A DNA stretch of 40,354 nucleotides. Source: an uncultured Verrucomicrobiota bacterium. Lineage in GTDB: Bacteria > Verrucomicrobiota > Verrucomicrobiia > Verrucomicrobiales > Verrucomicrobiaceae. The notes below the pieces were generated by a model, which ran no database searches, was not told the origin of the DNA, and worked only from the letters and a program-made list of their open reading frames with translations. Below are positions 26,445 to 35,064 of this stretch, one piece after another; position 1 is the first letter of the stretch, and each line of letters opens with the position of its first letter. Location: positions 1 to 40,354 of the forward strand of contig CAINXC010000307.1 of NCBI GenBank assembly GCA_903854655.1. The letters are read 5' to 3'. The translations under genes and the position numbers were made by a program.

Positions 26445-28312
26445 AAACCAAATCCTCATCGGCTCACGACTTCTTCCTCGGCATTGAAGGTGGAGGCACA
26501 CGCTCCACCGCTGTATTGGCCGATGCGAATGGCGCGGCCATTGCGGAACTGGCAGCGGGGCCGGCTAACATCCGGTTGCTGCTGGACCGGCAGTTGCTGG
26601 CCCTGTTCCGGTCCATTTCTGCCCGGTTGCCGCGGACAAACATCCCTCTCAAGACCATCGCCATCGGCCTGGCCGGCGCCCGCACGGAGGTGGACCTGGA
26701 GCGCATCCGGCGTGCGGCGGCAAGGGTCTGGCCCGGCGTCTTTTGCCTGGCCACTGACGATCTTCACACCGCCCTGGCAGCCGCACCTGTGGTTGCTGGT
26801 GCCGAAGCCCGTGTGCTCGTCCTGAGCGGCACCGGGAGCTGCTGCTTTGGCCAGGGCCGGGACGGTCGCAGCGCCAGGATCGGGGGGCGTGGCCAGGTCA
26901 TCGGCGACCGAGGCAGCGCCTTCGACATCGGGCAGCGGGCGCTCAAGGCGTTGATGGCCCACTACGACCGCGAGCGCACCTGGCCCAAGCTCGGCGAGCA
27001 TGTTCTGCGTTCGCTGCTGTTCAATGATCCTGAAGACTTGATTGCCTGGTCCATGGAGGCGGGCAAGACCGAGATCGCCGCGCTTGCAACCACGGTCTTT
27101 GCGGCGGCAAAGCATCGCGATCCCGTCGCCGTGAAGCTGCTGGAAGAAGCCGCCCATTCTCTGGCGGTGGACGGCCTTGCCTGCGCCTCCCGCCTTGCGA
27201 AGCATGGGCAGAAGATCCAGTTCATCTTCAATGGCGGCGTGCTGCTCAAAAACCCGGCCTTTGCGCGTGATGTGGCCGGCCGGCTTCGTCAGCGCTGGCC
27301 GGAAGCCATCGTCTCGAAGGTGGCCCGCGCCAGTTCCTGGGGGGCCGTTGCGCTGGCAATGGAAGCCGCCAAAGGAGGGGAGCTCAAGGCCAGACCGCTG
27401 TCGGCCAAGACCGATGCCATCACCAGCCTGGGCTCCGACCATCCCGCCTTTGACAGGGCATTGCTTCAGAGCTCGCCCACCGAGCAGCGCAACCCCCGCT
27501 CGATGCGCCTGGACAAGCTGCCGCTTGTCGATGCCGTGGAACTGATGATCAGCGAAGACGAGGCCCTTCCCGATGCCCTGCGCGCCGAGCGCGAATCCAT
27601 CGTCTGGGTGATCCGCAAGATCACTGCGGCCTTCAAGCGGGGCGGCAGATTGTTCTATGTCGGTGCCGGCACCAGCGGGCGTCTCGGCGTGCTCGATGCC
27701 AGCGAGTGCCCCCCCACCTTCAGTTCCCTGGCTGAACAGGTGCAAGGCATCATTGCCGGCGGACAAAGGGCCCTGTGGAGCGCAGTCGAGGGCGCGGAGG
27801 ACGATCCCACCGCCGGGGCCGATGCCATCAAGGGGCGTGGCGTGGGCAGGCGCGATGTGGTCATCGGCATTGCCGCCAGCGGTCGCACGCCTTTTGTCTG
27901 GGGCGCTCTGGCCCAGGCGGGCGAGCTGGGGGCCATCACCGTTCTGCTGTGCTTCAACCCCGGCTTCAAGCGTCTGCCCAGGCGCAAAGGCAAATTCCTG
28001 CCTGACCGCATCATCGCCCCCGACGTCGGCCCCGAAGTGCTCACCGGCTCCACCCGTCTCAAGTCCGGCACCGCCACCAAGCTGCTGCTAAACATGTTCA
28101 CCACCCTTGCCATGACATACAGCGGCAAGGTGATCAGCAACCTCATGATTGATCTGAACCCCTCCAACGCCAAGCTGCGCGTGCGAGCTATCGGCATTGT
28201 GCAGCAGCTCACGGGCTGCGATGCCTCGGAAGCCAAGGCCGCGCTGGAAGCTTCAGGCTGGGTGGTCAAGGGGGCCGTGGCTCGTCATCGAAGTAGCTTG
28301 AATCAACGGTAG
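26441..28312 (+). CDS. murQ: fusion protein: BadF/BadG/BcrA/BcrD-type ATPase (GlcNAc/MurNAc kinase-like) + N-acetylmuramic acid 6-phosphate etherase (MurQ, SIS domain)
   Basis: N-terminal half: FFLGIEGGGTRSTAVL (the GIDGGGT kinase motif of BadF-type sugar kinases), ~300 aa. C-terminal half: GRLFYVGAGTSGRLGVLDASECPPTF…GIAASGRTP…TGSTRLKSGTATKLLLNM, the hallmark MurQ/SIS signature. Confidence 0.8.
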   Translation: MKTKSSSAHDFFLGIEGGGTRSTAVLADANGAAIAELAAGPANIRLLLDRQLLALFRSISARLPRTNIPLKTIAIGLAGARTEVDLERIRRAAARVWPGVFCLATDDLHTALAAAPVVAGAEARVLVLSGTGSCCFGQGRDGRSARIGGRGQVIGDRGSAFDIGQRALKALMAHYDRERTWPKLGEHVLRSLLFNDPEDLIAWSMEAGKTEIAALATTVFAAAKHRDPVAVKLLEEAAHSLAVDGLACASRLAKHGQKIQFIFNGGVLLKNPAFARDVAGRLRQRWPEAIVSKVARASSWGAVALAMEAAKGGELKARPLSAKTDAITSLGSDHPAFDRALLQSSPTEQRNPRSMRLDKLPLVDAVELMISEDEALPDALRAERESIVWVIRKITAAFKRGGRLFYVGAGTSGRLGVLDASECPPTFSSLAEQVQGIIAGGQRALWSAVEGAEDDPTAGADAIKGRGVGRRDVVIGIAASGRTPFVWGALAQAGELGAITVLLCFNPGFKRLPRRKGKFLPDRIIAPDVGPEVLTGSTRLKSGTATKLLLNMFTTLAMTYSGKVISNLMIDLNPSNAKLRVRAIGIVQQLTGCDASEAKAALEASGWVVKGAVARHRSSLNQR

Positions 28313-28574
28313 GAAGGCAGTCGCCGAAAATGTCGGCGTGAATCTGCGCGACTTCTTCCATGCGGTCCTCCTCAATGCTGATCAGCACCTGCGCGCTCCT
28401 TCCGTAGTGCCCGCCATGCGCGCTGCTCACCGCGCCGACCGACCTCATGCCATCGAAGAACTCGGCATCAAACCGGATGCCCGCCCTTTCGAAGGCGGCA
28501 AAAAGACGGCGGGCCTCGTCGGGAGCATAGTAGCCGAGTTGCAGATAGCTGGTTTCTTCGGGTTCGGGATTCAT
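28266..28574 (-). CDS. small hypothetical protein, translationally coupled to the upstream phosphatase gene
   Basis: 102 aa from the ATG at 28574 (MNPEPEETSYLQLGYYAPDEARRLFAAFERAGIRFDAEF…). Its ATG overlaps the phosphatase stop as ATGA. No known domain recognised. Confidence 0.4.
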   Translation of the reverse strand: MNPEPEETSYLQLGYYAPDEARRLFAAFERAGIRFDAEFFDGMRSVGAVSSAHGGHYGRSAQVLISIEEDRMEEVAQIHADIFGDCLPTVDSSYFDDEPRPP

Positions 28575-29242
28575 GTGAAATGGGTGGTGGCCAGGCTTGA
28601 GATGAAGTCTTCCTGCTCGCGATTCAGGCTGAGGAGCGGCCGCACCGAGGCAAGCAGCGCCCGGGCCTCGTCGAGTGAGGCGCACATGCCCCGCGAAACC
28701 AGGTAGGCCAGGGTGAATACTCCGGTCCGGCCGTGGCCTTGGGCGCAGTGGATGTAGGTGGGCGTGTCTGGCAATGATTGAATGAACGCCATGAGCCTTG
28801 TGGCATCGGGTGCTGTGGCATCCAGGATCGGAAACGAGCGGTAGTCCCGGCCTGCGGGGATGCCGGGCGGCTCGCGGAATTCTGCCGTCAAATCAACCAC
28901 GGTGCAAACGCTGGAGGGCAGTTCGTGGGCGAGGAGCCGCCGGCCAATGAGCAGGCGGTCAGTCACCGGGGAGATGGCGGGCTCGCGCGACAGCAAGCGG
29001 AACAGGTGCCAGACGGCGAGGACATAGAGATGCATGGGCAGGAACAGCAGCCAGCTCCAAAGGGGAAGCGAGCCGCCGGGCCGCTTGCCGTAGATGCCTG
29101 CGCTCCGTCTCCCATAGGCGAACCCTGCCGCGACGAAGCACAGCCCCAACCATGCCAGCAGCCAGGCCCAGCAACTCGGAAGGGCGACGGCGTAGGCGAG
29201 GAACACCAGGCCTAGGAAGGCATTGAGGAACGCGTATTTCAT
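28571..29242 (-). CDS. membrane-anchored dual-specificity (Cys-based) protein phosphatase
   Basis: Three N-terminal TM helices, then a DSP fold with the active-site P-loop HCAQGHGRTG (CX5R). Confidence 0.7.
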   Translation of the reverse strand: MKYAFLNAFLGLVFLAYAVALPSCWAWLLAWLGLCFVAAGFAYGRRSAGIYGKRPGGSLPLWSWLLFLPMHLYVLAVWHLFRLLSREPAISPVTDRLLIGRRLLAHELPSSVCTVVDLTAEFREPPGIPAGRDYRSFPILDATAPDATRLMAFIQSLPDTPTYIHCAQGHGRTGVFTLAYLVSRGMCASLDEARALLASVRPLLSLNREQEDFISSLATTHFT

Positions 29243-29401
29243 CGCCAGGGAAGGGGAGTTGCAGAGCCAGATGCCACTCTCAAAAACAGTAGCACAGGTG
29301 CTTTGAGGCGTCACTTTGAAAGCCCCGAGGGCGCCATTCCATTTTGTGTCGGCTTTAAGAATGGCGTCACTCCGCAGGGCGCTGCTATAAGTGCCACCGC
29401 T

Positions 29402-31294
29402 ATGAAAAACATGTTACTCGCTCTCGACAGCGAACCCTCCCTCACCTCCGTTCTGGGCCCCAATTTGTTCTGGATCGGGCTGGTGGCGTTCGCCTTCATC
29501 CTCCTCATGTTCCACCGGCTGCTGTTCCAGGTGCTGGGCATTGTCTTCATCCCGGAGGACCGCATCGGCCTCGTCACCAAGAAGTTCGTCCTCATCGGCA
29601 AAAACAAGGAAATTCCCAGCGGCCGCATCATCGCAGTGAACGGCGAGGCGGGCTTCCAGGCGCAGACGCTGGCTCCTGGGATCTACTTCTGGAAGTTCCT
29701 CTGGCAGTATGATGTGCGCCTGCAACCCTTCGTGGTGGTGCCGGACGGTGCCATCGGTCTGGTGATGGCCAAGGACGGCGCCGAACTCAACTCCGGTGGC
29801 GTGCTTGCCCGCCGCGTTGAAAGCTCGATGTTCCAAGACGCTGAGGCCTTCCTGCGCAATGGTGGCCAGAAGGGTCGCCAGACCGCCTACCTCACCCCCG
29901 GCTCCTACCGCATCAACAGCTTCCTGTTTGAGGTGACGCTGTCCAAGATGACCCAGATTCGCGACAACATGGTGGGCATTGTCACCACGCTCGACGGCAT
30001 TCCTTTGCCCGAGGGCCAGATCGCAGGCAAAATGGTGGAAGGTCACCAGAACTTCCAGGACGCCGAGGCCTTCCTGGCCAATGGCGGCAACCGTGGTTTG
30101 CAGCCGCATGTGATCCTGGCCGGCTCCTACTTCCTGAACAATTGGTTTGTGCACGTGGAGGAAATCCCCATGACGGAAATCCCCATCGGCACCGTTGGCG
30201 TCGTCATCAGCTACTGCGGTGAGGATGGAGAGGACGTCAGCGGCCTGGACTTCAAGCACGGCAACATCGTCAAGCGCGGTTACAAGGGTGTGTGGTCCGA
30301 GCCTCTCGGACCCGGCAAGTACCCGCTGAACACCTTCATCCTGCGTGTGGAATCCGTGCCCACCACCAACCTCGTGCTCAACTGGGCGAATGCCCGCACC
30401 GAGGCCCATCAGCTCGACAAGCACCTCTGCACCATCACCGTGCGCAGCAAGGACGGCTTCCCCTTCAACCTCGACGTGAGCCAGATCATTCATATCCCGA
30501 TGAGCGAGGCCAGCAAGGTCATCGCCCGCTTCGGGAACATGAACAACCTCGTCAGCCAGGTGCTGGAGCCCACCATCGGCAACTACTTCCGTAACAGCGC
30601 CCAGGACAGCGATGTGATCGCCTTCCTCAGCACCCGCAAGGAACGCCAGGCCAGCGCCCGCGAGCACATCAACCAGGTGCTGGAACAGTACAACGTGAGC
30701 GGTGTGGACACTCTGATCGGCGACATCGCCCCGCCCGAGTCGCTCATGAAAACGCTCACCGACCGCAAGCTGGCGGAAGAACAGAAGGTGACCTATGACA
30801 CCCAGCGCATGGCCCAGGAAACCCGTCAGGAGCTGGAAAAACAGACGGCGATTGCCGACATCCAGAAGCAGATCGTGGAAGCCGACCAGGGCGTGCAGAT
30901 TGCCGAGCGCGTGGCCGATGCCGCAGTGAAAAAGGCCGGGGGCGAAGCTTCCAGCATCAAGCTCAACGCCGCCGCCGAATCCGAGCGCACCAAGCTCATC
31001 GCCAACGCCGAAGCCCAGCGCATCGCCCTCACCGGCTCCGCCGAGGCCGAGAAGATTCTCGCCATCGGCAAGGCCAATGCCGAGGCCTACGAATTGCAGG
31101 TCAAGGCCATGGGCGGCGACAACTTCACCCGCACCAAGATCGCGGAGATCATTGGCCGCGACAAGGTCAAGGTCATGCCGGACATCCTCATCTCAGGCGG
31201 CACCGGCAGCGACGGCAATGGCGCGCTTTCCGGCCTGCTGGGCCTGCGCCTGATGGAAGAACTCGGCGGCAAGAAAGCTGACGCGAAGTCCTAG
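29402..31294 (+). CDS. SPFH/band-7 (flotillin/YqiK-like) membrane protein with an internal duplicated segment and a coiled-coil C-terminus
   Basis: N-terminal TM (LFWIGLVAFAFILLMF), SPFH-like region, duplicated ~70 aa module (…FQDAEAFLRNGGQKG… / …FQDAEAFLANGGNRG…), and a long Ala/Glu/Lys-rich coiled-coil tail typical of flotillins. Confidence 0.8.
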   Translation: MKNMLLALDSEPSLTSVLGPNLFWIGLVAFAFILLMFHRLLFQVLGIVFIPEDRIGLVTKKFVLIGKNKEIPSGRIIAVNGEAGFQAQTLAPGIYFWKFLWQYDVRLQPFVVVPDGAIGLVMAKDGAELNSGGVLARRVESSMFQDAEAFLRNGGQKGRQTAYLTPGSYRINSFLFEVTLSKMTQIRDNMVGIVTTLDGIPLPEGQIAGKMVEGHQNFQDAEAFLANGGNRGLQPHVILAGSYFLNNWFVHVEEIPMTEIPIGTVGVVISYCGEDGEDVSGLDFKHGNIVKRGYKGVWSEPLGPGKYPLNTFILRVESVPTTNLVLNWANARTEAHQLDKHLCTITVRSKDGFPFNLDVSQIIHIPMSEASKVIARFGNMNNLVSQVLEPTIGNYFRNSAQDSDVIAFLSTRKERQASAREHINQVLEQYNVSGVDTLIGDIAPPESLMKTLTDRKLAEEQKVTYDTQRMAQETRQELEKQTAIADIQKQIVEADQGVQIAERVADAAVKKAGGEASSIKLNAAAESERTKLIANAEAQRIALTGSAEAEKILAIGKANAEAYELQVKAMGGDNFTRTKIAEIIGRDKVKVMPDILISGGTGSDGNGALSGLLGLRLMEELGGKKADAKS

Positions 31295-31318
31295 CCGAGA
31301 GCTGATGCTTTGCCCCTT

Positions 31319-31350
31319 GGGCCGCGCGCGATGAGCGCGCGGCCCTTTTT
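31319..31350 (+). terminator. rho-independent terminator after the flotillin-like gene
   Basis: GGGCCGCGCGC-gatga-GCGCGCGGCCC perfect 11-bp stem followed by TTTTT. Confidence 0.7.
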
Positions 31351-31471
31351 GCGGGCAATGAGCGCCAGCTTGGAGAGGGCGCGAACGTGAGCCAGGGAGG
31401 TAGTTGATCAGCCACTTCCGTCATCAACATGCTTCCATATCAGCTTCTCGAATGGACCAAAATGGGGGGCC

Positions 31472-31990
31472 CTACAGCGCTCTCTCTTCAACGAAGCTGG
31501 GTATCATAAAAATAACGAGGCCGGGAGTGAGAAAGACGATGCTCAAAAAACTGGCGCCAAGATGAACGAAGCTGAGAAACGGGGGCGTGTCGTTGTTCAA
31601 ATAGGTCTGTTCGAAATTGCGGATCGTCACCGGGATGAGCGGCAGGCAAACGAGCGCCAGGCCGCTGACCAATAAGACAACGAGCCTGCCTTCGCTGGCT
31701 TTGGCACTGGCAACGAAACAGGCGATGGAAAGAACCACAAAGGGCGGAAACAACCACTGGTGAGGTTGGAAAAGAGGGTCAATCGGATCTTGATAGGCCG
31801 CAACAAGCGCCCGAAGTGATTCCGAAGGAGAAAGCGCAAATCGATGCGAAACGACCCAATAGGCGAGCAGCGTCGGCAGCAGCAACCCAGCGAGCAAGGG
31901 AAGCGCGCTCCAGAGGATGCGGGTTGAGAGTTTTCGTTTTACAGGTTGCCGCAGGCTGCTCTTCGCAACGGTTCGGTTCGATGGCACCAA
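31472..31990 (-). CDS. hypothetical 4-TM membrane protein (start uncertain)
   Basis: Four hydrophobic helices. The ORF-track start is a TTG and overlaps the 3' end of the RelE/ParE gene by ~50 nt, so the true start is unclear. The region has lower GC. Confidence 0.35.
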   Translation of the reverse strand: MVPSNRTVAKSSLRQPVKRKLSTRILWSALPLLAGLLLPTLLAYWVVSHRFALSPSESLRALVAAYQDPIDPLFQPHQWLFPPFVVLSIACFVASAKASEGRLVVLLVSGLALVCLPLIPVTIRNFEQTYLNNDTPPFLSFVHLGASFLSIVFLTPGLVIFMIPSFVEERAL

Positions 31991-32262
31991 TAGCCCGGCT
32001 CCTGGCTTAGGTGCATGACAGCAATAATCAGGACGTAGTCCGATTCGATAGAGTAGAGCACGGCATGTGGGAAAACATCAACCAGATACCGGCGTACATC
32101 CTGCTCGAATCGACGCCACCGCATTGGAGCCTCAGAAACCTGTCGAAACGCGCGCTCGACATGCTCAATGAACCGAAGCTCAAGGCCATCCTGGCAACTG
32201 GCATAGTAACGCGCCGCATCCTCATACTCGTCGAGAGCCTCGGGATGGAACTCATACCTCAT
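31939..32262 (-). CDS. type II toxin, RelE/ParE family
   Basis: 107 aa. MRYEFHPEALDEYEDAARYY…VDVFPHAVLYSIESDYVLIIAVMHLSQEPGYW is typical of ParE/RelE plasmid-stabilisation toxins. It overlaps the upstream antitoxin gene by 4 nt. Confidence 0.7.
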   Translation of the reverse strand: MRYEFHPEALDEYEDAARYYASCQDGLELRFIEHVERAFRQVSEAPMRWRRFEQDVRRYLVDVFPHAVLYSIESDYVLIIAVMHLSQEPGYWCHRTEPLRRAACGNL

Positions 32263-32510
32263 CGCGCGACAGCGCGCCGAACGCGAGCAAGAGCCTCATC
32301 ACTTGGAATGGTTTTGATTCGTCCGCTGCGAACATCGTCACGGCGGCGCAATGCTTCGCTGGCCCAAAGCTCCTGAATGGGGTCCTTCTTCGCCGGGTCA
32401 AGGCTGTCCACGAGACGGTCAGCTAGAAGCGCACGCGCCTCGCTCGGCAGGGAAAGCGCTTCTTCAGCGATCTGTTCAACGGTCATGCTCACAAGAACAA
32501 AATACTTCAC
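32259..32510 (-). CDS. antitoxin (putative addiction-module component) cognate to the RelE/ParE toxin
   Basis: 83 aa, MTVEQIAEEALSLPSEARALLADRLVDSLD…ELWASEALRRRDDVRSGRIKTIP. This matches the small 'addiction module component' family that pairs with ParE-like toxins. Confidence 0.65.
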   Translation of the reverse strand: MKYFVLVSMTVEQIAEEALSLPSEARALLADRLVDSLDPAKKDPIQELWASEALRRRDDVRSGRIKTIPSDEALARVRRAVAR

Positions 32511-32603
32511 CCTTCCAAAAAGCTCAAATTAAACGCTTGGAGGAGAATCTTGTCCTGCTCCGACCGATCCAATCGTCATCATCACGGCAACTCTTCACTC
32601 CTC

Positions 32604-32975
32604 ATGAGCACTCCACCCAGCCCCTCGCAATTCCTTCTGCTTCTCCGCCAACCTCATGGTGATGGTCCGGGTCCCACGCCGGAGGAAATGCGCCACATCA
32701 TGAGCCGCTTCATGGCATGGATGGAGGGCCTGACCGCGAAGGGCATGGTGGCCGGGACAAATGGCCTGGAGCCCGCCGGCAAGGTGCTGCGTGGCCCGCG
32801 CGGCGTTTCATTGACTGACGGCCCATACGCCGAAGCCAAGGAGATCGTCGGCGGCTATGTCCTCATCAACGCCGACAGCCTGGAGCAGGCCCTGGAAGCC
32901 GCCCGCGACTGCCCAGGGCTGGAATACAGGATGGCCGTGGAGGTGCGGCCTGTGAAGCAGAGGGGTGAGGTGTGA
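32604..32975 (+). CDS. YciI-like / DGPF-domain protein
   Basis: …LLLLRQPHGD…EEMRHIMSRFMAWMEGLTAKGMVAGTNGLEPAGKVLRG…VSLTDGPYAEAKEIVGGYVLINADSLEQALEAARDCP… fits YCII-related (DGPF) proteins. The start could also be the upstream ATG at 32550. Confidence 0.65.
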   Translation: MSTPPSPSQFLLLLRQPHGDGPGPTPEEMRHIMSRFMAWMEGLTAKGMVAGTNGLEPAGKVLRGPRGVSLTDGPYAEAKEIVGGYVLINADSLEQALEAARDCPGLEYRMAVEVRPVKQRGEV

Positions 32976-33062
32976 GCGCCCTTGGGCACATGATGTGCAA
33001 TGAGGACACAGGTCTCTGGTCTTATGGGTCAGATTGGGGATCGCAGAGTAGAGTGATCGCAC

Positions 33063-33638
33063 TCAGGCCAAAGCTAGGGGGTCACCTTTCTTTAGCATCC
33101 GAAGGTGGATGATTGCCACCACCAAGCCAATCAAGCCGCCCAGATAGCCCGCGTTGTGGATGTAGGCGACGCGCACGAAGTTCGGCACGTCCGTGACTCT
33201 CCGCATGAATGTAAAGTCCTCCCAGCTCGAGTAGTCGGGACCATGCATCAGGCTAAGCACGTAGCCGGCCAGGGACGCCGCAAACGCGAAGGCGAGGATG
33301 ATCAGGATTCCACCTGCCGTGTGGCGGAAGGCGGCGGCGCGAGGGAAGGCTGGCACGGTAATCCGCGCCATGAACCACGCGGAGCAAAAGCCCACCCACC
33401 ACGTGGCCAGAAAACCGATCTCCGCCACGAAGACCCGAGGAGGAAAGCCAAAGTTCGCATAGTGGAACTGCGCGAACTTCAGGCGCGTGAAGTACTCTTG
33501 GGAAATGGAGTATGTCACTTGGTCGTGAATCAGTCCATAAGCGCCCGCCACCAAGGCTCCGGCCACAGCATAGCCAAGCATGGCGGGCAGGAGGGCGATG
33601 GGAAACTTTGGGTAGAGGAGGTTGTTCCAGGTTTTCAC
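33063..33638 (-). CDS. hypothetical polytopic membrane protein
   Basis: 191 aa with ~5 hydrophobic helices. No recognised domain. Confidence 0.45.
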   Translation of the reverse strand: MKTWNNLLYPKFPIALLPAMLGYAVAGALVAGAYGLIHDQVTYSISQEYFTRLKFAQFHYANFGFPPRVFVAEIGFLATWWVGFCSAWFMARITVPAFPRAAAFRHTAGGILIILAFAFAASLAGYVLSLMHGPDYSSWEDFTFMRRVTDVPNFVRVAYIHNAGYLGGLIGLVVAIIHLRMLKKGDPLALA

Positions 33639-33716
33639 GTCCAGATGATGGATGCTAGCTGAAGCAACGAAGCGGCAAAAGAACTATCCGCTTTTGCATG
33701 GCCGCATCCGTCGGGA

Positions 33717-35006
33717 TCAGTGACAAATGTCATCGATGGCCAGCCGCAACGCGCTCATCATTCGTTCCAGCTCGGGTTCCGTCACACACAGCGGCGGCAT
33801 GAGGATGAGTGTGTTGACGACGGGGCGGGTGAGCAGGCCGTGGCTGCGGGCCGCCTGGCAGACTTGGGCGCCCGTGCGTTCGGCGGGGGGGTACTCGGCG
33901 AGGGGCGATTTGGCGCGGCAGATTTCGATGCCGGCCACCATGCCGCACTGGCGGATGTCGAGGACGTGGGCGTGGTCGTGCAGAGAGCCTAACAGGCGGG
34001 TGAGAGTTGCGACCTTCGCGGGCAGGCGCTCCAGGACCTGCTCGTCTTTGAAGACCTGCAGGCTGGCGAGGGCGGCGGCGCAACCGAGCTGGTTGCCGGT
34101 GAAGCTGTGGCCATAGTAGAAGGTCTGACCTTCGCCGAGGAAGCCATTGAACACGCGCTCGGTGGTAAGGGTGGCTGCCAACGGCAGGTAGCCGCCCGAG
34201 AGACCTTTGGCGAGGGCGATGAAATCGGGCACGACGCCCTCATGTTCGCAGGCGAACATTTTGCCAGTGCGGCCAAAGCCGGTCATGACTTCATCGAGGA
34301 TGAGGAAGATGTCGTGCTCGCGGCACCAGGTGTCGAGCTGCTTCAGCATGCCTTTGGGCCAGAGTCTCATGCCGGCGGCACCTTGAATGAGCGGCTCGAT
34401 GATCACGGCGGCCAAGCGGGAGACGGTGTCCTCTGGCAGGGCTTGCAGGGACTCCATGGAGGGAATGCAGACGACCTTGTAACCGAAATCGTTGCCGCTG
34501 CCCTTGAGCACGGGAAGCCCGCCGAGGCTCGCGGCGCCGAGCGTGTCGCCGTGGTAGGCACGGTCGAAGCTGAGCAAGGTGTCGCGTTCGGGATGGCTAT
34601 TTTGCTGCCAGTACTGCATCGCCATGCGCGCTGCGGACTCGATGGCGGTGGAGCCGTTGTCGGAGTAGAAGACGCGGGTCAGCTTGCTGCCCGGGAAAAG
34701 GTCCACCAGCGCCTTGGCGAGCTGGATGGCGGGGGGGTTGGTAAAGCCGAGGAAGGAGGTGTGGGCCACACGCTGGAGCTGGGCGGCAATGGCGGCGTTG
34801 ATGGTGGGGTGGGCGTGGCCGTGGACGTTGGTCCAGATGGAGGCGTTGCCATCCAGGTACTCGTGCCCGTGCTGATCGCGCAGGACGCAGCCTTTGCCTT
34901 CCACCAGCATGAGGGGCTCGCGGGCATCATCGCACCAGTCCCGCATAGGGGTGAAAGGGTGCCATAGGTGCTGTCGCTCGATGGCAAGAAGTTCGGCGTG
35001 GGTCAT
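33717..35006 (-). CDS. bioA: adenosylmethionine-8-amino-7-oxononanoate aminotransferase (class III aminotransferase)
   Basis: From the ATG at 35006: [24 protein letters not shown]…[36 protein letters not shown]…, and a PLP-lysine region typical of BioA. The long ORF-track N-terminal extension is rejected. Confidence 0.8.
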   Translation of the reverse strand: MTHAELLAIERQHLWHPFTPMRDWCDDAREPLMLVEGKGCVLRDQHGHEYLDGNASIWTNVHGHAHPTINAAIAAQLQRVAHTSFLGFTNPPAIQLAKALVDLFPGSKLTRVFYSDNGSTAIESAARMAMQYWQQNSHPERDTLLSFDRAYHGDTLGAASLGGLPVLKGSGNDFGYKVVCIPSMESLQALPEDTVSRLAAVIIEPLIQGAAGMRLWPKGMLKQLDTWCREHDIFLILDEVMTGFGRTGKMFACEHEGVVPDFIALAKGLSGGYLPLAATLTTERVFNGFLGEGQTFYYGHSFTGNQLGCAAALASLQVFKDEQVLERLPAKVATLTRLLGSLHDHAHVLDIRQCGMVAGIEICRAKSPLAEYPPAERTGAQVCQAARSHGLLTRPVVNTLILMPPLCVTEPELERMMSALRLAIDDICH

Positions 35007-35033
35007 GGGACGAGAGGAGAGAGATTCTAACTT

Positions 35034-35064
35034 TTGTTGAAAAAGTGGAATTAATGTAATATAA
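35034..35064 (+). promoter_or_regulatory. sigma-70-like promoter candidate (TTGTTG/TTGAAA -35 ... TATAAT -10) upstream of the sialate O-acetylesterase gene
   Basis: Read directly in an AT-rich island: ttgttgaaaaagtggaattaatgtaaTATAATggg. The spacer is 15 or 19 nt depending on which -35 is used, so the match is not perfect. Confidence 0.35.

Noticed and set aside
33639-33716. GCAAAAG…CTTTTGC hairpin between bioA and the downstream membrane-protein gene, considered as a terminator
   Set aside because: The 7-bp stem with a 9-nt loop has no U-tract after it on the minus (bioA) strand. It may still be a weak or Rho-dependent stop, but it was not called as a feature.
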